DNA from: Minisyncoccia bacterium
GTDB taxonomy: Bacteria > Patescibacteriota > Minisyncoccia > Phycocordibacterales > CALRBL01
NCBI GenBank assembly: GCA_038227435.1
Contig: JBBRPW010000002.1
Coordinates: 1 to 35,553 of the forward strand
Direction: 5' to 3'
DNA: 35,553 nt
A model generated the notes under the pieces. The model searched no databases, was not told where the DNA came from, and saw nothing but the letters and a program-made list of their open reading frames with translations. Below, in pieces: positions 1 through 8,800 of the stretch. The translations under genes were made by a program, and so were the position numbers. Every line of letters begins with the position of its first letter. The stretch's first letter is position 1.

Positions 1-770
<770 letters not shown>

Positions 771-935
771 TGAAACTGTTGTAGCCAAAAGCTCAACTTA
801 TCGCGTCGATATTGTGTATCTCGATCGAGTACATAATGAGTGGCCAGCACTCTAACACTGGACGACTGTAGGAAAGACTACAAAAGACAGCCGGATAGAC
901 GGCAGAACGGAACAAAATAAAGTTCAGTACGCAAG

Positions 936-958
936 AAGCACCTTAACCGGTGCTTTTT
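936..958 (+). terminator. Rho-independent terminator closing the 16S transcript
   Basis: AAGCACC-ttaacc-GGTGCTT followed by TTTGTTTTG. Confidence 0.8.
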
Positions 959-1017
959 GTTTTGTCGGGTATGTATGATTCTTTAATTTAAATAAAAAAA
1001 TAAAATATGAAAAAGAA

Positions 1018-1047
1018 AATCCCGCAGCGATTTCTCGCTACGGGATT
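1018..1047 (-). terminator. Rho-independent terminator of the GC-rich orphan gene
   Basis: Minus strand AATCCCGTAGCGA-gaaa-TCGCTGCGGGATT followed by TTCTTTTT. A second hairpin lies at 1051-1079. Confidence 0.8.
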
Positions 1048-1079
1048 GGGATAGAGAGGGCGTTTTCGCCCAACTCTAT

Positions 1080-1945
1080 TTAGGCCACCTTGATAGCGGT
1101 GGCGGGGTAGGGGTTTTTCATCACTCGCTGCTGGCGGCTGGTGATGTTACAGTCCATCTTCTTTTTGAGGTCCTCGAGGACCTTCTCGAGATCCGACTGA
1201 AGGCTGCCCTTCAGGACGTAGAGCTCGAAGATACCAGACCACCGATCGAGGTGGTTGTGGTGACGAGCCACAATGTTCGCACCGACGAAGATAGCGAAGC
1301 GCACCGAGCGCTCCTGGCCCAACTTGCCGTCAACATCGCTTGCGAACGAGCTACGGTCGTCGAGGTTCCAACGATTCCGCATCCAAGCCGACGTCGGCTC
1401 GAGGATGATCCGGGCCGGACGATTCCCGTGACCAGCGAAGTTCTCGATGACCCCGAACACATCGCGGAGCGAGTCGATGACGACCGGTGCCGCAGGCGCC
1501 TTGGGAGCGACAGGCTTCATCGCCACGGGGGCGATGCCGGCGATCTTCGAGAGACCGCCGCGGGTGAACAAATAGATTCCGTTTTCCTTCGGCAAAACGT
1601 GGGTGACGGCGCTAACGCCGCTGCCACCTTCGACCGGCTGAACGTCACGGCGATGCCGTGCTTGTTCAGTTCAGCGCGGAGATATCCGGCCTTGACCTTC
1701 AGGGTCGTAGGCTTGTCCGTCCCGTGAGGGATGATCAGACGGGTTGAGATCTCGTCGGCGCCTTCGCCAGTGAGGATCTCGACACTGCGCGAAAGCGCGA
1801 GGAACTTGACCTTGGCCAGAACGGCCAAGGGCTTGTTCTTCGAGGAGGCCACCTTGTCGGGAGCCGCCATCAAAGTGAGGGCGGGGGTCTGCTGCTCGGG
1901 CGTGGTCTGGACGGCGAGATTGAAGGCAGGGGCGAGGGTGTTCAT
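1080..1945 (-). pseudogene. GC-rich hypothetical protein (~288 aa) split by a single-base frameshift near 1643-1650 (sequencing error or pseudogene)
   Basis: ORFs 1517..1945 and 1080..1595 overlap. GC3-rich codon phase switches at minus-strand gcc gt-gac gtt cag, and restoring one base joins ...KHGIAV to DVQPVEGGSGVSAVTHVLPKENG... Has its own promoter (2027-2056) and terminator. Confidence 0.65.
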
Positions 1946-2026
1946 GGGGTCGGGTCTAATGTCTCTTGTCCAAGGAGACGGATGTGAAGAAAAGCTTACC
2001 GGGACTCGGCAGCTACTAACTAGGTA

Positions 2027-2056
2027 TATATAAGCACATATATATGTTTATGTCAA
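2027..2056 (-). promoter_or_regulatory. sigma70-type promoter for 1080..1945
   Basis: TTGACA (2056-2051), 18-nt spacer, TATATA (imperfect -10). Confidence 0.6.
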
Positions 2057-2106
2057 GTAGTAAACCACCCTCTTAAATCCTTGATTTCATGAATAATTTC
2101 TCATTA

Positions 2107-2134
2107 TTGACATAATAGATATATGTGAGATAAT
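2107..2134 (+). promoter_or_regulatory. sigma70-type promoter for 2171..2733
   Basis: TTGACA (2107-2112), 16-nt spacer ending in TGa, GATAAT (2129-2134). Confidence 0.6.
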
Positions 2135-2170
2135 TCTAAAAACACCCAACCAATCCTTCGGATCTTTGAC

Positions 2171-2323
2171 ATGAAATACATCCCCGGAGCAAAACAAAAA
2201 AAGTGTAATTTCATCGGCGGATTTTTTTTCGCCGTTATCGTTATCGTAATGATCTGGGACTTCAAATCTCGGGCGGTTACGAACTTCTGCAACTTCACCC
2301 TGACGCTGATCACTCAGCGTTAA
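2171..2323 (+). CDS. Small 50-aa single-pass membrane protein (not in ORF track)
   Basis: Hand translation: MKYIPGAKQKKCNFIGGFFFAVIVIVMIWDFKSRAVTNFCNFTLTLITQR*. Basic N-terminus plus hydrophobic segment; C-ending codons like the next gene; ends 14 nt before the next ATG. Confidence 0.6.
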   Translation: MKYIPGAKQKKCNFIGGFFFAVIVIVMIWDFKSRAVTNFCNFTLTLITQR

Positions 2324-2337
2324 CAACCCCTCAAAAC

Positions 2338-2733
2338 ATGAAAATTTTGAAAACACTCAGCGCGATACTTGTCGCGCTCGTAGTATTAGTGGTCGCCCGT
2401 GTCTACTACATCAATGTAGTGAAACCCGGAGATCAGACAGCGACAGTGGTGGTTCATAACTATCCAGGCGGGGCTATCTCCGCACTATATTATGAAGCCG
2501 ACGTTTTAACTCAATCGTCCAACCTCGATGACATCCGCGACGTCCTGCATAATGACGACGTCGCCCGGTATGTCGTTGTTTGGTCCAAGATGGGAGATCG
2601 TCATCAGATGTTTTTCCCACGTGGACAAAATGCATCGGATGCACTCGTCTACCTTCAACCGATCGAAGAAGAGGTCGAAGATGTTATCCCACCACGAAAG
2701 GAGATTAGCGCCCGGAGCGAAAAGGAAGAGTAG
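2338..2733 (+). CDS. Hypothetical N-terminally membrane-anchored protein (GC-rich orphan)
   Basis: 131 aa, N-terminal TM (LSAILVALVVLVVA), followed by a terminator. Confidence 0.75.
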   Translation: MKILKTLSAILVALVVLVVARVYYINVVKPGDQTATVVVHNYPGGAISALYYEADVLTQSSNLDDIRDVLHNDDVARYVVVWSKMGDRHQMFFPRGQNASDALVYLQPIEEEVEDVIPPRKEISARSEKEE

Positions 2734-2748
2734 GTTCAATTCCTACAC

Positions 2749-2792
2749 AAGCCAGCCTTAAGGTTTTCATACCTTATGCGCTGGCTTTTTTG
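2749..2792 (+). terminator. Rho-independent terminator
   Basis: AAGCCAGC...GCTGGCTT stem with inner TAAGG/CCTTA, followed by a T tract. Confidence 0.75.
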
Positions 2793-2824
2793 TTGTTTTA
2801 TGATAATTTTAGGTTCTTATACAT

Positions 2825-2854
2825 GCGCGTGTAGCTGTTTTGGTAGTCTAAACG
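2825..2854 (+). repeat. Degenerate copy of the tRNA-Ile 5' half
   Basis: GCGCGTGTAGCTgttTTGGTAGtctAAACG versus tRNA GCGCGTGTAGCTcagTTGGTAGagcAAACG (24/30 identical), 73 bp upstream of the tRNA. Confidence 0.7.
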
Positions 2855-2897
2855 CGGAGGTAGAAGGAAGGATGGATAAAAGTTAAAATCAAATAAT

Positions 2898-2970
2898 GCG
2901 CGTGTAGCTCAGTTGGTAGAGCAAACGACTGATACTCGTTAGGTCCCAGGTTCGAATCCTGGCACGCGCA
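2898..2970 (+). tRNA. tRNA-Ile (GAT), CCA not encoded
   Basis: Acceptor GCGCGTG/CACGCGC, D arm GCTC/GAGC, anticodon arm AACGA-CTGATAC-TCGTT (GAT at 2931-2933), T arm CCAGG-TTCGAAT-CCTGG. Confidence 0.95.
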
Positions 2971-2995
2971 CACGAAAATACGCTATAATGTAGGC

Positions 2996-3625
2996 ATGAA
3001 TCCTCAAACAAATAGCACTCCTAATATGGGAGGCAACATGGGTAACATGGGTAATATGAATAATGCGGGCAACATGGGAGCAGAGAGCGATCAGTCAGTC
3101 GCAATTAGACGAGTGGTAACCATTGGTGCATTAATGGTTGGTCTCGGAATTATTATTTTAGTCGCTCAAAACTGGGCAAACTTACCAGCTTTTTTTAAGG
3201 TGGTTATTTTAATGGTAAGTATGATAGCAACATACGGAATTGGATATGCACTTCTTCAGTATCCATCGCTTAAAAGTGTAGGACAGGGAGTTGTATTTTT
3301 AGGTGCACTTATATTTGGTGCTAACATTTTTTTAGTAGCTCAAATTTATAATATTCAAGTTGAATGGCCAGACGGCTTTATGATTTGGATGTTTGGCGTA
3401 TTTCTTACTCTGTATGCCGTGCCATTAAAAGCACTTCGAGTACTCGGTGTAATTTTAGCCATCTTAGGATTAGGAGGATATGTATTTGATTTCAGCGGAA
3501 CATTAGTTGGAACTGCATCATATTACACATCAACATTTATTGTGGCTCTCTCAGTAATTACTATGTATGCAGCAGCGCACATTTTCCGAAAGCGATTACC
3601 AGCAGAACCAGTAGATTTCTATTAA
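2996..3625 (+). CDS. DUF2157-domain membrane protein
   Basis: Multi-TM; motifs GIIILVAQNW and GANIFLVAQIYNI...W typical of DUF2157. Confidence 0.8.
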   Translation: MNPQTNSTPNMGGNMGNMGNMNNAGNMGAESDQSVAIRRVVTIGALMVGLGIIILVAQNWANLPAFFKVVILMVSMIATYGIGYALLQYPSLKSVGQGVVFLGALIFGANIFLVAQIYNIQVEWPDGFMIWMFGVFLTLYAVPLKALRVLGVILAILGLGGYVFDFSGTLVGTASYYTSTFIVALSVITMYAAAHIFRKRLPAEPVDFY

Positions 3626-3685
3626 AAGAATTTCATTCTTACTTCTATTTTTACAATTATTTAAACTCTTACTAATTATTATTTT

Positions 3686-4888
3686 ATGAATTTATTTTAC
3701 GGACTTGGATACTTAGGATTTTTATGGCCACTCTTTTTACTAGTCGGTGCCGGTTTTATTGTGGTGCGTTTTGTGATGGCACTTTTTGGTGTTCGAACAA
3801 AAACACAATTTGTTACTGACGAATCGGGAAAAGCAGTTATGGTTGAACCGAAAGTTCGAGGAATTTCAGGACATTTATTTAGATCAAGCAATGATGCTCT
3901 CTATCAAACATATATGTTTTTGGGAACAGCCTTTGTTGGATTATTTCTTTCAACTATTAACCGCTCACTCGGCTACCCACTAGGGTGGGAAACGGTGCAA
4001 CTCTTGCTTACCATTTTTGTTTTAGCTATTGCATATCGATTTAAAGTATTCGTTCTACTTCCTGTTGGAATTGTTGGAATAATTAGTAGCGTATATTGGC
4101 ACATGTACATTTGGACAGGCCAAACTAATACATCAGATATTTTAACTATTGTAAGTCTGGTGCTTCTTTCAGTGCTTATCTATGGAATTGGCCGATTGCA
4201 CGATTCACAATTACTCTGGCGACGATACGGCATGACTTATGTATTTTTTGGATTAATTCCAGTTGGAATATATTTGTTTTTCATGTCATCTGAAACTGGA
4301 ATTGCAAGATTAAATGAAATACTTTCAAATCACCATGTGTTCACATCATTTGGAGCAATGTTTTTAATTGTGCTTATTGCGCTTTTAATTGCCGTTACGT
4401 TTATCTTGGGAGCGATGAAAAAATTAATATCAATATTTGAATTAATTGTTGGATTTCTATTCTCATTTCTTACTCTTCTTTTGCCATTTTTCCCAACACC
4501 ACTTGTAAGTATTGCTGCTCGAAATAATTCTGGATTTACTTCATATATCGTTTCAACACTTAATGCAAATGGATGGATTCTATTTATCATTATGAACATT
4601 CTACTTTTTGGATATTTAGTTGGTTGGATTCTCGTTGGATATTACAAGCGAGAAAGATGGGCTATCAACACAGGTTCAGGACTTTTTGCACTCTTTGTTA
4701 TCATTAAATTCTTTAGCTACGCTCAAAGTTCAGCAGGACAAGCACTTACCTTAATTGTTGCAGGGCTTTTACTAATGATTCTCGGAGTTGGATTAAGCGT
4801 AGGGCGAACAAAATTATTAAAAAAAATGGATGCTGCAACTGGTGGAAATGGAATGGGAACAGCAGGAGGCATTGGAGTAACTCATTAA
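3686..4888 (+). CDS. Polytopic membrane protein (DUF2157/DUF4401-like)
   Basis: 400 aa, about 12 hydrophobic segments; lies between a DUF2157 gene and a GDYXXLXY gene. Confidence 0.7.
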   Translation: MNLFYGLGYLGFLWPLFLLVGAGFIVVRFVMALFGVRTKTQFVTDESGKAVMVEPKVRGISGHLFRSSNDALYQTYMFLGTAFVGLFLSTINRSLGYPLGWETVQLLLTIFVLAIAYRFKVFVLLPVGIVGIISSVYWHMYIWTGQTNTSDILTIVSLVLLSVLIYGIGRLHDSQLLWRRYGMTYVFFGLIPVGIYLFFMSSETGIARLNEILSNHHVFTSFGAMFLIVLIALLIAVTFILGAMKKLISIFELIVGFLFSFLTLLLPFFPTPLVSIAARNNSGFTSYIVSTLNANGWILFIIMNILLFGYLVGWILVGYYKRERWAINTGSGLFALFVIIKFFSYAQSSAGQALTLIVAGLLLMILGVGLSVGRTKLLKKMDAATGGNGMGTAGGIGVTH

Positions 4889-4912
4889 TTATTAATCACT
4901 TTACTAAAATCT

Positions 4913-5578
4913 ATGAATCCAAATAATAATACAAGTATTGGAGAAACGATGTCGAATCAAAGCATGACCGTAAAGTTTTTAATTGCGGTGGTTGCTCAAA
5001 TTATTATTGTTTTTTTGCTCGTTGCATATAACGCGGCAATTGTAACAGGGGGAAAAACACTGTATGTGTCGGTGCTGCCTGTAGATCCAACGGACGTACT
5101 TCGAGGTGACTACGTTGTTACTCGACTTTCAATTTCACAAGCGTACCCTACTCAATTTAATGGAACTCCTCAAAATGGCGAAACCGTATATGTGCCTGTA
5201 AAACAAATTTCATCTGACGAATCATATATTTCTGGAAAAGTGGTGAAATCTGTAAATGATGAGGGAATGGGAATGGATGGATTAGCACACAGTGTGCCAG
5301 ATGGAACAATTTACGTTAAAGGAACGGTGGTTGTTGGCGGAGCGGAGCAAGTTCCAAGTCCGTATGATCAGTATCCAGCATACGACCCATATGGAAGGAA
5401 TGTTCAACCAATTAATTATCAACCCATAACTATTAAATATGGAGTTGAAAATATTTTTGTTGAAAAAGGAAAAGGAAATTTACCTTGGAATAAAAGGGTA
5501 GTTGCTGAACTTAAAGTAGGTAGTGGAGGAGTGGCACGAATTACAAAGTTGTTTGTTGACGGGGTAGAGTGGAAGTAG
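4913..5578 (+). CDS. GDYXXLXY-family membrane-anchored protein
   Basis: N-terminal TM, then PVDPTDVLRGDYVVTRL; C-terminal YGVENIFVEKGKG. Confidence 0.85.
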   Translation: MNPNNNTSIGETMSNQSMTVKFLIAVVAQIIIVFLLVAYNAAIVTGGKTLYVSVLPVDPTDVLRGDYVVTRLSISQAYPTQFNGTPQNGETVYVPVKQISSDESYISGKVVKSVNDEGMGMDGLAHSVPDGTIYVKGTVVVGGAEQVPSPYDQYPAYDPYGRNVQPINYQPITIKYGVENIFVEKGKGNLPWNKRVVAELKVGSGGVARITKLFVDGVEWK

Positions 5579-5602
5579 TTCAGCTTAAAGATTTCATACG
5601 GT

Positions 5603-5630
5603 CAAAAATCTGGCACCCTCCAGATTTTTG
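5603..5630 (+). terminator. Rho-independent terminator (A and T tracts on both sides)
   Basis: CAAAAATCTGG-caccct-CCAGATTTTTG. Confidence 0.7.
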
Positions 5631-5720
5631 TGATACTATCAAAACTCACAAAAAAAGCCGAAAATATTGCATTTTAGGCATGAAATTTTAATAAATAAGT
5701 AATAAATAATCGAGAAATCT

Positions 5721-7142
5721 ATGGAAAATGTTACCGCAAAACGAACGAAGGTAGTGGCTACAATTGGCCCCGCAACATCAAGTGTTGAGGCTCTTTCAAA
5801 ACTACTCAAAGCTGGAATGAATATTATCCGAATGAACTTCTCACACGGAGATTTTGCGGAGCATCAAGAAAAAATTGATAACCTTCGAATTGCTGAAAAG
5901 AAAACAGGTCTAAAAGCGGCAACTCTTCAAGATTTAGCCGGTCCTAAAATTCGAACAGGAGAATTTTCAACTCCAACCGTTGAACTGATTAAAGGATCAA
6001 CAGTTACCATTACAACTGAAACAATTGTAGGAGATGCAACTAAATTCTCAATTAACTACAAACCATTTCCAAAAGAAGTAGAGCTAGGAGGATTTGTGTT
6101 AATTGACGATGGAAAAAAGAAATTACAAATTACTGCCATTAAAGGAAATGAAGTTATCTGTAAAGTTATATTAGGTGGAATTACAAAACCTCGACGAGGA
6201 GTAAACTTGCCTGGTGCTCATCTATCAATTGCATCATTAACAGATAAAGATAAAAAAGATATTGCCTTTGGATTAAAAAATAAAGTTGATTTCTTTGCTT
6301 TCTCATTTGTGCGACGACCATCAGACGTGCTTGAACTTCGAGCCATCCTTGCAAAAGCCAAATCAGATGCAAAAATTATTGCCAAAATTGAAGATCAAGA
6401 AGCGCTTGATAATATTGATGAATTAGTTCGATTAGTAGACGGAGTAATGATTGGACGAGGAGATTTAGCCATTGAAATTGGAGCAGAAAACATGCCTGTT
6501 GCTCAAAAAATGATTATTAAGAAATGTAATAAAGCAGGAAAGCCTGTAATTACCGCAACTCAAATGTTGGAATCAATGATTAAAAATGCGACACCAACAA
6601 GAGCTGAAGTAAGCGATGTAACAAACGCTATTTTTGATGGAACAGATGCAGTGATGCTTTCTGAAGAAACAACACTTGGAGATTATCCTGTTGAATCAGT
6701 TGAATGGATGACACGAATTGCTAATAGTTGTGAAAAAAGTTATCCCGTTAAAACAATTTTCGGAAAAGAGCACACAGATCGAAGTGTAACCGACGCCATC
6801 GGAGCCTCAGCTGTACAAATTGCAAAAGACACCGGAGCAAAATTAATTGTAGCTCTTACATCAGAAGGTCATACCGTAAACATGATTTCAAGACATAAGC
6901 CAAAACATTATGTAATTGGCTTTAGTCAAAGTGCTCGAACGGTAAATCAAATGCAAATTAACTTCGGCGTAATTCCTGCCCTTTCTACAAAATTTTCTTC
7001 AATGACTGACATTATGAAATCAGTTCGAGAATTAGCTAAAAAGCTTAAATTAGGGGTTAAAGGGGATAAGGTGGTGGTGGTTTCTGGGAATGTGTTGGGG
7101 AAGGGAATTCCTTCAAATTCGATCGACATCGAGGTACTTTAG
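5721..7142 (+). CDS. pyk: Pyruvate kinase
   Basis: RTKVVATIGPA, RMNFSHG, DLAGPKIRTG, IAKIE, MIGRGDL, ATQMLESM, PTRAEVSDV, DGTDAVMLSEET. Confidence 0.98.
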   Translation: MENVTAKRTKVVATIGPATSSVEALSKLLKAGMNIIRMNFSHGDFAEHQEKIDNLRIAEKKTGLKAATLQDLAGPKIRTGEFSTPTVELIKGSTVTITTETIVGDATKFSINYKPFPKEVELGGFVLIDDGKKKLQITAIKGNEVICKVILGGITKPRRGVNLPGAHLSIASLTDKDKKDIAFGLKNKVDFFAFSFVRRPSDVLELRAILAKAKSDAKIIAKIEDQEALDNIDELVRLVDGVMIGRGDLAIEIGAENMPVAQKMIIKKCNKAGKPVITATQMLESMIKNATPTRAEVSDVTNAIFDGTDAVMLSEETTLGDYPVESVEWMTRIANSCEKSYPVKTIFGKEHTDRSVTDAIGASAVQIAKDTGAKLIVALTSEGHTVNMISRHKPKHYVIGFSQSARTVNQMQINFGVIPALSTKFSSMTDIMKSVRELAKKLKLGVKGDKVVVVSGNVLGKGIPSNSIDIEVL

Positions 7143-7198
7143 GGAATCTTTATGGTTTCTTAAGGAGAATTTTATCTCTAAGTCGCTATGATATAGTT

Positions 7199-7969
7199 AT
7201 GAATATGACAATAAATACCAAAGGGGTTTATCAAATAAAAGACTCTGATCTATTTTTTGTTGCTAACAATACTGCTCCAGCATCTACTCAAAAGCAATAT
7301 GTTTTAACAATCAAAGATCTTCCAGGAGACGATAAACCGCGTGAAAAACTTTTAGATTCTGGCCCTCATGTATTATCTACTCAAGAACTTCTTGCAATTG
7401 TTTTAACTACAGGAACAAAAAAAGAAGAGTTGTTGAGTATGAGCAAACGTCTCATCAAAGATTATGGCGAAAAAAATATCATGACTGAAACTGATGCAAA
7501 AAAAGTTTCGGTTGAGTACGATATTCCACTAGTAAAAGCTTGCCAAATTGTTGCATGTGCAGAACTTGGAAAACGTTTTTATAAAAAACCCGAAGTAGGC
7601 CTTGCGGTAATTCGAACTCCTAAAGATGTGTTCGATCACGTACGTGATATGAGAGATCTTCCAAAGGAGCATCTCCGAGGTATTTATCTCGATACTCATA
7701 ATAGAGTAATTCACGAAGAGTATATTTCAATTGGAACAATTAATTCAAATATTGTTCATGCACGGGAAGTATTTCGGGCTGCAATTGAATATAATGCGGC
7801 AGCTATTGTATTAGTGCATAATCATCCTTCAGGAATTGTTACTCCAAGTGATGCCGACTTTGCAATTACAAATCAACTCATCGCTGCAGGGCGAATTGTC
7901 GGAATTAATGTACTCGACCACATTATAGTTACTAAAACTGAGTACCAAAGCATCGAGGCAGAATACTAA
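7199..7969 (+). CDS. radC: RadC / UPF0758 JAB-domain protein
   Basis: PREKL...LSTQELLAIVLTTG and JAMM motif HNHPSG...SDAD...LDHIIV. Confidence 0.93.
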   Translation: MNMTINTKGVYQIKDSDLFFVANNTAPASTQKQYVLTIKDLPGDDKPREKLLDSGPHVLSTQELLAIVLTTGTKKEELLSMSKRLIKDYGEKNIMTETDAKKVSVEYDIPLVKACQIVACAELGKRFYKKPEVGLAVIRTPKDVFDHVRDMRDLPKEHLRGIYLDTHNRVIHEEYISIGTINSNIVHAREVFRAAIEYNAAAIVLVHNHPSGIVTPSDADFAITNQLIAAGRIVGINVLDHIIVTKTEYQSIEAEY

Positions 7970-8001
7970 TATCAAAAACTAATCTCTATTTTTATACGTA
8001 T

Positions 8002-8706
8002 ATGGGAAAAATTTCTGTTGTAGCAACACCAATTGGAAACTTAGAAGACATAACACTTCGAGCAATTCGAATTCTTAAAGAGTGTGAAATTATTTTTGCT
8101 GAAGATACACGTCATGCTCGAACACTTTTAAAACATCATGGAATTACAACCGAAGTTCGAAGTTACCACGCTCATACTTCGCTTGAAGGTTTAGAATCTA
8201 TTTTAGAGTTGGTAAAGGGTGGAAAACATATTGCACTTATTACGGATGCAGGAACTCCTGGAATTTCTGATCCGGGAAGTGAATTGGTTCGTGAAGCTCG
8301 AAGACAAATTGAGGGAGTAACAATTGAAGCAATTCCTGGAGCGTCAGCAATTACTGCAGCGCTTTCTGTTGCTGGTTTAATTACAAAAGAGTGGACATTT
8401 TTAGGATTCTTGCCTCATAAAAAAGGACGAATGACATTAATGAATCGAATTGCTGCAGCAGATGATATGGCTATGATTTTTTATGAATCTACGCATCGAA
8501 TTACAAAAGCGTTGCAGGAATTGGAAGAGGCTTTTAATGAACGTGCAAAACAGTTTCCAAATTCAAAACCAAAGCGAGTAATTATAGTTCGTGAAATCTC
8601 TAAAATGTTTGAAGAGGTAATTGATGGAACGGTGGGTGAGGTAAGAGAAGTATTAATGAAGGATGTGAAGAAGCAGAAGGGGGAGTTCGTGGTGATTGTA
8701 GAGTAA
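8002..8706 (+). CDS. rsmI: 16S rRNA (cytidine1402-2'-O)-methyltransferase
   Basis: VATPIGNLEDITLRA, AEDTR, TDAGTPGISDPG, FYESTHR, REISKMFEE, KGEFVV. Confidence 0.97.
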   Translation: MGKISVVATPIGNLEDITLRAIRILKECEIIFAEDTRHARTLLKHHGITTEVRSYHAHTSLEGLESILELVKGGKHIALITDAGTPGISDPGSELVREARRQIEGVTIEAIPGASAITAALSVAGLITKEWTFLGFLPHKKGRMTLMNRIAAADDMAMIFYESTHRITKALQELEEAFNERAKQFPNSKPKRVIIVREISKMFEEVIDGTVGEVREVLMKDVKKQKGEFVVIVE

Positions 8707-8800
8707 TTCGATTTTCCGTTTCAATACCAATATGAGTTAGTTAAAGTACCTAGTTCAATTAGGACGTTTTATACACTCAAGGTTATAACCGTGAATCTTT

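Noticed and set aside
938-946. GCACCTTAA as a displaced anti-SD, with the trailer as an intron
   Set aside because: Lacks CCTCC, lies within the terminator stem-loop, and I see no group I/II intron hallmarks.
1643-1650. Programmed ribosomal frameshift
   Set aside because: No slippery heptamer at the phase switch; a single-base deletion is simpler.
1211-2033. ORFs 1251..1727 (+), 1731..2033 (+) and 1211..1462 (-)
   Set aside because: Shadow frames of a GC-rich gene; promoter, terminator and codon phase support the minus-strand gene.
2730-2854. Circularly permuted tRNA (3' fragment before 5' fragment)
   Set aside because: Acceptor strands GCGCGTG and ACAAGCC do not pair, there is no anticodon arm, and a terminator lies between them.
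7199-7969. radC as a marker of a mobile element
   Set aside because: Full-length chromosomal type between pyk and rsmI; no integrase, transposase or att pair seen.
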